DNA of 64,000 bases from Bdellovibrionales bacterium. GTDB lineage: Bacteria > Bdellovibrionota > Bdellovibrionia > Bdellovibrionales > JAUICD01. The translations under genes were made by a program, and so were the position numbers. Within the stretch, counting starts at the first letter, position 1. Each line of letters starts with the position of its first letter. This document shows, piece by piece, positions 33,507-43,274 of the stretch. The notes under the pieces are model-generated. The model was not told the DNA's origin and searched no databases. It saw only the letters and a program-made list of their open reading frames with translations. The stretch is from assembly GCA_965262715.1 (NCBI GenBank), contig OZ253553.1:1312001-1376000 (forward strand), in the 5' to 3' direction.

Positions 33507-36500
33507 TCAATGACGAAGTTTTCTTTCTTCTGCAAATGAGAAAAGCACTGGAACAACAAATAACGTGATCAACTCAATCAACATGCCACCTAAGGTGGGT
33601 AGAGCCATTGGCTTCATAACTTCACTGCCCGTTGATGTGGACCACATCACAGGCAACAAGGCTAAACTAGTGGTTGCAGTTGTCATCAACAAAGGTCGAA
33701 TGCGTCGACTGCCTGCTTCAAGTATCAGCGATTTGAGTTCATGAAAATTTGTAGGTTTATTCAGTTTCATTTCCTGCTTAAAATAAGTTATCATTAAAAT
33801 ACCATCATCAACAGCAATTCCAAATAGAGCGATAAATCCTACCCAGACAGCTACTGAGAGATTAAAACCACCAAGCCAAAGTAGAATAAGACCACCTGTC
33901 ATAGAAATAGGTACAGCACTAAAAATAATTATAGAGTTTACAAAACTTCCTGTACCTAAAAATAAAATGATCAAACTCATCATAAAAATCAATGGTAAAA
34001 TGAGTTTAAGTCGATTATTAGCCCTTACATGATTTTCATATTGTCCAGCCCAAACTAAGGAGTATTTTTCAGGTAAATTAACTTCTTTTTCAACAACCCT
34101 CTTAGCTCTCTGAACAAAGCCTATTAAATCACGATCTCTCACATTAAATAGCACTGTTGAACGGAGCATTCCATTTTCAGAAACAATATGAGAAGGCCCT
34201 GTTACAACTTTGATATCTGCTAATTGTTCTAAGGGGATATGTTGATTGAGAGGACTTGGCACTAAAATCCTTTTTAATTCATCAATACGATCTCTTAATT
34301 CTTTTTTATAACGTACACGAATAGAATATCTTTCTCTACCCTCATAAAATTGCCCAATGGACATACCACCAACAGCTGTTTGAAGGGTTTTATGAATAGT
34401 TCCTATGTTAATTCCAAATTGACTTGCAGATATACGATCAATATCAAATTCAATATAAGGTTTACTTGTTATTTGCTCTTTATAAACTCCATAAGCTCCC
34501 TTCGTCTTCTCTATTTTTTCAGCAATTTGAGAGCTTAAATCTTCTAAAACTTCAATATCATCACCAAAAATCTTAATACCCACTTGAGTTTTGATCCCTG
34601 TAGAGATCATTCCAATACGGGTTTGAATAGGAAAGCCCCAAGAGTTGACCAGGCCTGGTATTTGCAAGGACTTATCTAAGTCTTCCATAATATCATAAAT
34701 ATCTTTGCCTCTAGGCCACCTGCTTGAAGGAATTAAGCGAATAACAGTTTCTATCATAGATATAGGCGCAGGGTCTAAAACAGAGTCGGCTCTTCCTAGT
34801 TTCCCTACAGCAAAATCCACTAAAGGATGTTTATTTAAAACCTTATCTGTGTAAGATAAAATTTCTTTTGCCTTTGTTAGACTCACGTCAGATGTGGTCA
34901 CTGGCATATAAAGAATATCCCCCTCATTAAGCTCTGGCATAAACTCTTTGCCCAAATTCATAAAGGCTATAAAGCCTATCAAAATCAAAAAAGCAGGCGC
35001 TATTAGAAATAATCTTCTATGGCTTAAAACCCAATCCAACATAAAACGATACTTCTGAACAATAAAAAGACTTATCTTATTTTTTTTATTCATTTCTGTT
35101 TTAATAGATAGAAATTTCTCAAATGGAAAAACTTTATCTTTAAGTAGAAATACAGAAAGTGCTGGAATAAGAAATACGGCTACAACCAATGACCCTAAAA
35201 GCGCAAATGTTTTTGCCCATGCAAGTGGCCAGAAAAGCTGTCCTTCACTTCCTTCTAAGGCGAGAATGGGAAGGAAGGTCACAATAGTTGTCATAATAGA
35301 TGTGAAAATGGCAGGGCTAATCTCTTGCGCGCAAGTTGTGATAATGCGAACTTTTTCTTTAAGAGATGTATAAGAAGAGGCCATTAGACGAGAGTAAATA
35401 GCCTCTGTCATAATGATTCCCATATCAACAATAGTTCCAATGGCAATAACTATCCCAGACAAACTCATCACATTAGAATCTATTCCAAAAAGTTTCATAA
35501 ATATAAAACTTATACCTATTGCAAAAGGCAGAGTGAGGGAAACAAGTATTCCACACCATAAGTGTAAAAGAAAAATAAAAACCAATAAGATAGCAACTAT
35601 AACTTCTTGTATTAAAGCCTTATATACAGTGCCTATTGTGTTTTCTATCAGCTCTGTACGATCATAAAATGGCACAAGGTGAACACCTTTAGGCAATCCT
35701 TTTTGAATATTTTTAATTCGTTCTTTAATGTTTTGGATCACTTGTTTAGGGTTTTCACCAAATCGCATAGTGACAACACCACCAACTGTTTCTAAGCCAT
35801 TTTTATCTAAAACTCCTCTTCTAAAAGCAGGTCCAAGACCAACAGATGCAACATCTTTTACATAAACAGGTGTTTTATTTTTAACAGCTATCACTACGTT
35901 TTCAATATCTGCAAGCGACTTAAAAAAGCCTTTACCTCTTACAATAAACTCACGACTTCCATCTTCTATAACTTCGGCACCTACATCTATATTGCTATTT
36001 TGGATAGCCTTAACTAGAGTGCTAAAATGAACATCAAAGGCAAATAGTTTTTTAGGATCAACATCAATTTGATATTCTTTAACAAAGCCACCAACACTAG
36101 CCACTTCACTGACACCTTCTACACTTTGCAGATGATACTTTACATAAAAGTCTTGTAGAGATCTCAATTGAGCTAAAGATTTAAGTGATTCACCACTTTC
36201 ATTATTTTCAATAGTGTACCAGAATACCTGTCCTAAACCTGTAGCATCTGGCCCTAATCTTGGCTCTACTCCTGGTGGCAAACCTGTTCGAGATTCAAGG
36301 AGTTTTTCAATGATACGGGAACGGCTCCAATAAAAATCAACTTCTTCTTTAAAAATCACATAAATAGTAGAAAAACCAAATACAGAAATACCTCTGACTG
36401 TTTTCACTCCAGGGGTACCTTGAAGCAAGACACTTAGAGGATACGTTATTTGCTCATCTATATCCTTAGGTGATCTGCCAGGCCAATCAGTAAAAACAAT

Positions 36501-36638
36501 TTGCTGGTTTTCCCCGATATCAGGTATAAAATCTATATTTGAGCTGCGTACACTGAAAATAGAGATGAGACCCACAAGAACAAAACTAGTGACAACAAAG
36601 ATACGGTACCGAATCGACAGCTCTATAAGCTTTTTCAT
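33507..36638 (-). CDS. cusA: CusA/CzcA-family heavy-metal RND efflux permease
   Basis: PDIGENQQIVFTDWPGRSP, GPDATGLG, IAIGTIVD, RIRPLLMT, GSEVMKPMA. Confidence 0.92.
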   Translation of the reverse strand: MKKLIELSIRYRIFVVTSFVLVGLISIFSVRSSNIDFIPDIGENQQIVFTDWPGRSPKDIDEQITYPLSVLLQGTPGVKTVRGISVFGFSTIYVIFKEEVDFYWSRSRIIEKLLESRTGLPPGVEPRLGPDATGLGQVFWYTIENNESGESLKSLAQLRSLQDFYVKYHLQSVEGVSEVASVGGFVKEYQIDVDPKKLFAFDVHFSTLVKAIQNSNIDVGAEVIEDGSREFIVRGKGFFKSLADIENVVIAVKNKTPVYVKDVASVGLGPAFRRGVLDKNGLETVGGVVTMRFGENPKQVIQNIKERIKNIQKGLPKGVHLVPFYDRTELIENTIGTVYKALIQEVIVAILLVFIFLLHLWCGILVSLTLPFAIGISFIFMKLFGIDSNVMSLSGIVIAIGTIVDMGIIMTEAIYSRLMASSYTSLKEKVRIITTCAQEISPAIFTSIMTTIVTFLPILALEGSEGQLFWPLAWAKTFALLGSLVVAVFLIPALSVFLLKDKVFPFEKFLSIKTEMNKKNKISLFIVQKYRFMLDWVLSHRRLFLIAPAFLILIGFIAFMNLGKEFMPELNEGDILYMPVTTSDVSLTKAKEILSYTDKVLNKHPLVDFAVGKLGRADSVLDPAPISMIETVIRLIPSSRWPRGKDIYDIMEDLDKSLQIPGLVNSWGFPIQTRIGMISTGIKTQVGIKIFGDDIEVLEDLSSQIAEKIEKTKGAYGVYKEQITSKPYIEFDIDRISASQFGINIGTIHKTLQTAVGGMSIGQFYEGRERYSIRVRYKKELRDRIDELKRILVPSPLNQHIPLEQLADIKVVTGPSHIVSENGMLRSTVLFNVRDRDLIGFVQRAKRVVEKEVNLPEKYSLVWAGQYENHVRANNRLKLILPLIFMMSLIILFLGTGSFVNSIIIFSAVPISMTGGLILLWLGGFNLSVAVWVGFIALFGIAVDDGILMITYFKQEMKLNKPTNFHELKSLILEAGSRRIRPLLMTTATTSLALLPVMWSTSTGSEVMKPMALPTLGGMLIELITLFVVPVLFSFAEERKLRH

Positions 36639-36857
36639 TTTAGATGATCCTAATAAACCTCAAGTATAAAATATTCGGAGTTATGCCTACATGATTAAAG
36701 GCTCTTTACCTTATAAACCTTATAAAATGACATTTTTACTCATTTTTAACATAACATACTGAACTTTATAATAGGGATATAAATAATAAGAGATGAAATT
36801 AGTGTTTTGTGTAAGAAAACCAATTCAATAAATCTACATGGTGCATAAGAACAAGAC

Positions 36858-37073
36858 TTAAGTATTTTGACATAGTTTATATAAATAAGTTCCTAATTGA
36901 TCTGCCTGTTTTGCTAAGTCAGCATGGCCTATCATATTCAATATAGCTTGTAAAGGATAACTCTTAACATAAGAAGGCTAAGTAATACTTGAAGCAGCTC
37001 TTCTAAATGGGTCTTTATCAAGGCTGTATAAATGTAATTTTTGAGAATTACGATAGAATTTAAGTGCTAACTG
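36858..37073 (-). pseudogene. Four-helix-bundle (IVS protein-like) gene remnant, internally deleted
   Basis: Manual translation QLALKFYRNSQKLHLYSLDKDPFRRAASSI ... LQAILNMIGHADLAKQADQLGTYLYKLCQNT*. Confidence 0.65.
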
Positions 37074-37270
37074 AGCTGAACCTTCAATTTATTTCTTGAA
37101 CTGTTTCACTCAAAATGAACCTGCCTCTCGAGGCGAGCCTCTCGAGGTGAGCCTCTTGAGGCGAGCCTCTGGCAGTTTTCTGGCAATGACTGCGACGGTT
37201 AACACCCTCGACAAATAAGTCATTGCCTAGAAAACCTGTTCATTTTGAGTAAGAAGATAATCCTCATTCT
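37070..37270. repeat. Family B end plus nested hairpin element with 14-bp tandem repeats
   Basis: IR actcaaaatgaac 37108-37120 / gttcattttgagt 37238-37250; about 3.5 copies of gcctctcgaggcga; inner IR ggcaatgac/gtcattgcc. Confidence 0.7.
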
Positions 37271-37299
37271 TTTATACCATGTTAAGGAAATCATTTGAG

Positions 37300-37483
37300 T
37301 TATGTCCAAGCTAAGAGAGCCAAGGCTAATATAATAAAATTTTCTGCGATCCTTAGCTGTTGGTTTAGCACTGCCTTCAGCTAAGTTGAGTACAATACTT
37401 GAAGCAGCTCTTCTAAATTGATCTTTATGAGGACTGTATAAATGTAATTTTTGAGAATTACGATAGAATTTAAGTGCTAACTG
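37300..37483 (-). pseudogene. Second four-helix-bundle gene remnant
   Basis: Manual translation KDQFRRAASSIVLNLAEGSAKPTAKDRRKFYYISLGSL. Confidence 0.75.
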
Positions 37484-37660
37484 AGCTGAACCTTCAATTT
37501 ATTTCTTGAACTGTTTCACTCAAAATGAACCTGCCTCTCAAGGCGAGCCTCTCAAGGCGAGCCTCTTCCCATTCTTATCATTGGTTTTTATCACTTCTTT
37601 CTTGTTTAAAATCAATATATAGTGCTCTCAAATAGAAGAATTGAACTTGAATGGTAATGA
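37481..37660. repeat. Family B copy (reverse orientation)
   Basis: gagctgaaccttcaatttatttc ... tcaaatagaagaattgaacttgaatggt is reverse-complementary to both ends of 24521-24703. Confidence 0.75.
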
Positions 37661-37698
37661 TAAGTTTTAAGTTTTTGCATAAAGAGAAATAAAAATAT

Positions 37699-37870
37699 TT
37701 TCCTTAACATGATGTTAAGAACAAGAAGTATCTCCTTCCTAAAAATAAACGGATTTTTGAGGTAGTCAGCTTTTTACTGAAGAGGATACATCCCGTAGCA
37801 TAAGCCTTCATGCTAATTACCCAAAAACTGCTAGAAGCAGGTTTATTTTTAGGGAAACAACATGTTGAAA
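37699..37870. repeat. Hairpin repeat family D, copy 1
   Basis: Nested IRs cctaaaaataaac/gtttatttttagg and tttttgaggtagtcagc/gctaattacccaaaaa; second copy inverted at 56247-56393. Confidence 0.72.
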
Positions 37871-37913
37871 CATCAATCACTTCTAGTTAAGTGACAATCA
37901 TTTTAGATAGCTC

Positions 37914-39503
37914 TTACTGTATTGGTAATGCTAAACCTCGATTGCTGAAAATATTCTTGATACTCTGAGCATATTCAGCGGCTTTATCTCCATCATAAAG
38001 CTGTTGGCTTAGATTATGTATTTTAACTCCTGCCGTCTCAAAATCATCATTACCGCTAAGTAAAGGTAAATGCTCAGAAAAGAGTACAGCAATATCTCTT
38101 TTATTTGTGTCAGAATGCTCAAATATCTGAGACCATATTGTTGTATAAACAAGGAAACCCACTGTATGAACTTGACCACTAGGGTATGAACTATCACATG
38201 TATTATAAATATTATTGGCAGTTGATTGTAAAGTGATACTGGTGAAAGAACCACAACGATTTCTCACACGACGATTTAAGTCAGCAATTGTGTAACTAGG
38301 TTTTATTAAATATTGATGAAACTCAGCTTGACCCTCATTGATGGCATTAAAGCAGCCCTTATATGTTTCACAACATCGATTCGCTGTTGAACCTGTATCA
38401 GAACTACAAGCTTGATATTTTTCACCATAAATATAAGAACCTTTTGAATAAGAAAGATTTGCGTGACCTGCCTCATGAAATAGAGCCCAAAAAAGATCAT
38501 TTCTTCTTGGAAAAGTCATCTTATTTCCAAAAATATTCCAAAAAGCCCACCAATCTGTTCGATTTTCAACATCGACTTTAATATTTTTGTTAGAAGCATA
38601 CCAATTATTTGCATTTAGCTCCATCCATTCTTTTTGATACATCAGCCAGTGATACAAGTTGGCTTGGGATATTGTATAATTTGGATCACTGTTATAAGGT
38701 TTTGTCCATTTGTCGTTTAATAAAGTTGCTCTTTGTAAGCCTTCTATTGTGATTTTATAAGAAGAGTTTTCAAGAAAATTGTTTATTGCATCTAAAATGT
38801 TAACTGCATAATTATTTACTGTAGAGGAACCTTCTTGAAGAATACAAGCATTGTAGTTAGGGTTATTTTGGCAATTTGCAATCACCCTACCTTCTCTTTC
38901 TGGTTTTCTAATATGTAGAGGTATTGTTGTTGTACTTGTCGTAGTTGTCGTTGTCGTGGTTGTTGGAGTAACTGCCTCTTGTAAAACTCTAATTATTTCT
39001 TCGTCACTTGCCAGGTTTAAAGCTGTCTGGCCATTATTGTTTTGTAGATTTACATTAGCACCATTAGCAATTAAAGCTTTAACTATTTCTAAGTGGTTTT
39101 TACTGCTCGCCTCTATTAAAGCTGTATTGCCATAATTATTTTGATGATTTACATTAGCACCATTAGCAATTAAAGCTTTAACTATCTCTAAATGACCTCC
39201 CCTGCTTGCTAAAATCAAAGCTTCTTCTTTATTGCTAGGTAATGTTGTTGTCGTGCTCGTTGTTGTTGTAGTTGCCTCTGGCTGTGCTGTTGTGCTTGTT
39301 GTCGTGGTTATGACAATCAATTGTGTCGTAGTTGTTACCACTGGTTGTGTTGTCGTTGTCGTAGTTATCAAACCTATTTGATCATTTCCTATTCGATCAT
39401 TTTCTGAATTTAAGGTATGATGATTTTTTCCACAAGATACCAAAAAGATACAAGATAAAGACAATGCTAATAATCTTAGTATCATATAGCAGCCCTTATA
39501 CAT
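37914..39503 (-). CDS. Lipoprotein: Thr-rich linker, ankyrin repeats, gluzincin-like zinc peptidase domain
   Basis: Lipobox LVSC; GNTALIEAS/GHLEIVKALIANGANVN; HEAGH...NEGQAE...GQVH. Confidence 0.85.
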   Translation of the reverse strand: MYKGCYMILRLLALSLSCIFLVSCGKNHHTLNSENDRIGNDQIGLITTTTTTQPVVTTTTQLIVITTTTSTTAQPEATTTTTSTTTTLPSNKEEALILASRGGHLEIVKALIANGANVNHQNNYGNTALIEASSKNHLEIVKALIANGANVNLQNNNGQTALNLASDEEIIRVLQEAVTPTTTTTTTTTSTTTIPLHIRKPEREGRVIANCQNNPNYNACILQEGSSTVNNYAVNILDAINNFLENSSYKITIEGLQRATLLNDKWTKPYNSDPNYTISQANLYHWLMYQKEWMELNANNWYASNKNIKVDVENRTDWWAFWNIFGNKMTFPRRNDLFWALFHEAGHANLSYSKGSYIYGEKYQACSSDTGSTANRCCETYKGCFNAINEGQAEFHQYLIKPSYTIADLNRRVRNRCGSFTSITLQSTANNIYNTCDSSYPSGQVHTVGFLVYTTIWSQIFEHSDTNKRDIAVLFSEHLPLLSGNDDFETAGVKIHNLSQQLYDGDKAAEYAQSIKNIFSNRGLALPIQ

Positions 39504-40175
39504 GTTGCAAATATCTTAGATAGGGAAAGATTAAAAAGTGAAAGTTATTACTTTCTTATCGGCTCTTTTAAAATAAAATCTGAGTACACATTTTTATTCT
39601 ATTTTCCATTTAATGTTTTATCTCAATTTCTCTTTTCCAGAGATATTTCCTTAAATTAAAGACTTTTTGAAATATTCCTATGTTATAGTGTGTATGAAAT
39701 ACAATTCAAAATATTGATAAGACTGCAACTTTAATCTTATTTTATGTACATAATATAAATTGAGTGATTTCAGAGGTTTAGAAGGTTTTTTCCAATAAGA
39801 TCACGGTCTTGATCTTATTTTATATACATACTAAAACGACCTTGTTACTTTACCTATATAAGAAGTATCAGATAAAGATTTAAATGTCTTTTATACATCT
39901 ATTTCCTAAGATATTGCAGACTTCTCTACCTAATACTCAAGATTTATATTGCAGATTTTTCAGACTTTTCTATAGACCTAAAATTAATGATTATGCCAAA
40001 AAGGCGAGCTCTTCCGCAAGAGCAATCGCATATAAGCGATTGCTCAAGGATTGCCCACCTTTGTCATAATCATAACCTGATGACTTGTATTAGTTTTATC
40101 TAAAATAATTTCAATATGCTATGTTGAAATATCAATCATTTTTAGTTAAGTGGCACTTGTTCTAGATAGCCCTTA

Positions 40176-41972
40176 CTACTCTATTGGTAATGGTAAACCT
40201 CGATTGCTGAAAATATTTTTGATGATCTGAGCATATTCATCGGCTTTATCTCCATCATAAAGCTGTTGGCTTAGATTATGTATTTTAACTCCTGCCGTCT
40301 CAAAATCATCATTACCGCTAAGTAAAGGTAAATGCTCAGAAAAGAGCACTGCAATATCTCTTTTATTTGTGTCAGAATGCTCAAATATCTGAGACCATAT
40401 TGTTGTATAAACAAGGAAACCCACTGTATGAATTTGACCACTAGGGTATGAACTATCACATGTATTATAAATATTATTGGCAGTTGATTGTAAAGTGATA
40501 CTGGTGAAAAAGCCACAGCGGTTTCTCACACGATGATTTAAATCAACAATTGTATCATTAGACTTTATCAAATATTGATGAAACTCAGCTTGCCCTTCGT
40601 TTATTGCATCAAAGCAGCCTTTATATGTTTCACAACATTGATTAGCTGTTGAACCTGTATCAGAACTACAAGCTTGATATTTTTCACCATAAATATAAGA
40701 ACCTTTTGAATAAGAAAGATTTGCGTGACCTGCCTCATGAAATAGAGCCCAAAAAAGGTTTTGTTCTCTTGGAAAACGCATCTTATTAAAACTTGAAGAC
40801 CAAAATGCAGATCCATTTGTACGATCTTCTATCGCAGCTGTTATTCCTTTACCAGAAGCATACCAAGTATTCGCATTTAACTCCATCCATTCTTTCTGAT
40901 ACATCAACCAGTGATATAAATTGGCTTGGGACACTGTATAGTTTGAATCACTGTTATAAGATTTTGTCCATTTGCCGTTTAATAAGGTTGCCCTTGTTAG
41001 GCCTTCTATTGTGATTTTATAAGAAGAGTTTTCAAGAAAATTATTTACTGTATCTAAAATGTTAACTGCATAATTATTGACTCTAGAGGAATCTTCTTGG
41101 AGAATACAAGCATTGTAATTAGAGTTATTTTGACAACTTGTAATCACCCTACCTTCTCTTTCTGGTTTTCTAATATGCAGAGGTATTGTTGTTGTACTTG
41201 TCGTAGTAGTAGTAGTAATAATTGGCTGTGTCGTTGTTGTACTTGTCGTTGTCGTGGTTGTTGGAGTAACTGCCTCTTGCAAGACTCTAATTATTTCTGG
41301 ATCACTGGTTAGATTTAAAGCTGTTTGGCCATTATCATTTTGTAGATTCACATTGTCGCCACTGGCAATCAATTTTTTAACTATTTCTAAGTGACCTTGA
41401 TAACTGGCATACATTAAAGCTGTCCAACCACGATTATCTTGCAGATTCATATTCGCATTAGCAACAATCAATGTTTTAACTACTTCTAAATCACTTGCAT
41501 ACGTTAAAGCCGTCCTTCCACTCTCATTTTGATGATCTACATCAGCCCCAGCATCAATCAAAACCTTAACTATTTCTAAGTGGCTTTTATTGCTCGCCTC
41601 TATTAAAGCCGTATTACCATAATCATTTTGATGATTCACATTAGCACCATTAGCAATTAAGGCTTTAGCTATTTCTAAATGACCTTCTCTGCTTGCCAAA
41701 ATCAAAGCTTGACCTTTATTACTAGGTAGTGTTGTTGTCGTGCTCGTTGTTGTTGTAGTTGCCTCTAACTGTGCTGTTGTGCTTGTTGTCGTGGTTATAA
41801 CAATCAATTGTGTCGTAGTTGTTACCACTGGTTGTGTTGTCGTTGTCGTAGTTATCAAACCTATATGATCATTTCCTATGTCATCATTTTCTGAATTTGA
41901 GGTATGATGATTTTCTCCACAAGATACCAAAAAGATACAAGATAAAGACAACGCTAATAATCTTAGTATCAT
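40176..41972 (-). CDS. Paralogous ankyrin/zinc-peptidase lipoprotein with extra ankyrin repeats
   Basis: Same architecture with about two more ankyrin repeats; near-identical C-terminal domain. Confidence 0.85.
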   Translation of the reverse strand: MILRLLALSLSCIFLVSCGENHHTSNSENDDIGNDHIGLITTTTTTQPVVTTTTQLIVITTTTSTTAQLEATTTTTSTTTTLPSNKGQALILASREGHLEIAKALIANGANVNHQNDYGNTALIEASNKSHLEIVKVLIDAGADVDHQNESGRTALTYASDLEVVKTLIVANANMNLQDNRGWTALMYASYQGHLEIVKKLIASGDNVNLQNDNGQTALNLTSDPEIIRVLQEAVTPTTTTTTSTTTTQPIITTTTTTSTTTIPLHIRKPEREGRVITSCQNNSNYNACILQEDSSRVNNYAVNILDTVNNFLENSSYKITIEGLTRATLLNGKWTKSYNSDSNYTVSQANLYHWLMYQKEWMELNANTWYASGKGITAAIEDRTNGSAFWSSSFNKMRFPREQNLFWALFHEAGHANLSYSKGSYIYGEKYQACSSDTGSTANQCCETYKGCFDAINEGQAEFHQYLIKSNDTIVDLNHRVRNRCGFFTSITLQSTANNIYNTCDSSYPSGQIHTVGFLVYTTIWSQIFEHSDTNKRDIAVLFSEHLPLLSGNDDFETAGVKIHNLSQQLYDGDKADEYAQIIKNIFSNRGLPLPIE

Positions 41973-42544
41973 ATACTAGCCTTCTTAAAGCCCTTATAGA
42001 TGTTGTAAATATCTTGGATAAGGAAAGATTAAAAAATGAAAACCATTACTTTACTTATCGACTCTTTTAAAATAAAGCTCACAGATTTATTTTATTTCAC
42101 CATTTAATGTTTCATTTTAATCCTTTTTTCTAAAGATATTCTTCTATAGAATACTCCCTGTGATAGTGAAATATAATCTAAGATATGGATAAAACCACAG
42201 CTTTGATCTTATTTTACATACAAGACATAAATCAAATCACTCCAGCATCTTAGTAAGTTTATAAGAAAATATATATTCTATCATCATGACATTAAACTAC
42301 ACATATAACCACGCACGTGAGTTGCCTGTTATGTAGTGAATAGGCTTACTATAGTCCTAGCCTAAATCATTAAATTTGTTACTATACTTGCAACAAATTC
42401 TCCATAAGTAATTTATCGACATAAACAACTTATGGCATGACAGTTTATATACTATAAATAGTATTGGATATTAGTAGTACAAAAAAATTTTATTGCATAA
42501 ATATTTGTAATTAGTTGTCTAATAGTTTAGACAAATTATGAACC

Positions 42545-43236
42545 ATGAAAAACCCTACTCTTACTTCTAATTCTATTAATAAGCTTTTAAAAAATTACTT
42601 ATATTTTCTTTTATATCTTGTAATTTCTATAATCCTCTTTTTAGGGTTTATTTACAGCAGTTCTGAAATTTATAGCTCAATTTGTTTAAGCTTTTTTGTC
42701 AGTCTGGTTTCAAGTGGAATATTCTATTTAATTATTGTTTGGATTCCTTATAACCAAAAGAAAAAAATATTAAAGCTCACTTAAAAGAATGTAACAAAAG
42801 CTTTAAAGAACAATGCATTACCACATTTTTACATTGTGAAAAAGGTTATAGTGATAGTGACCTTGCTGAACGTCTTTTAGATTTAAAAACATTCAGAGAA
42901 TACTTTGATGAGAATAAATGGGATAAAGTTGTTGATGGTCTTGAAAATAAAGATTATTGGATTGATATTCAAAAAGAATTAGAAATTTTAAGAGAGGCAA
43001 TTGGTTATGCATTAAATCATTTAAATATTTCAAATCGTGAAGATATGTTTGCTCGCTTTAAGCATATTTTTTACTTCATTTATAAATTTAAAGAATGTAC
43101 ACTTAGCGAAAATGAAAATTGGAGTGATTATAAATGGATAAAAAGAGAACTTTGGATATGGTTTTCTGGTTATGACATGAACGCTCACAATCATCGAAAT
43201 ACAGATTATCTAGGGGAGTTAATAGACAACATATAA
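42545..43236 (+). CDS. About 230-aa protein with 2 N-terminal TM helices, frameshifted in the A7 run at 42761-42767
   Basis: Adding one A joins ORF 42545-42784 to an open frame running into ORF 43045-43236. Confidence 0.7.
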
Positions 43237-43274
43237 GTAGAGTTGTACTTGAGCAATCCTTTAACATGAAGATA

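Noticed and set aside
36858..37483. Diversity-generating retroelement suggested by the bAvd-like fold and near-duplicate segments
   Set aside because: No reverse transcriptase, and differences between duplicates are not adenine-specific
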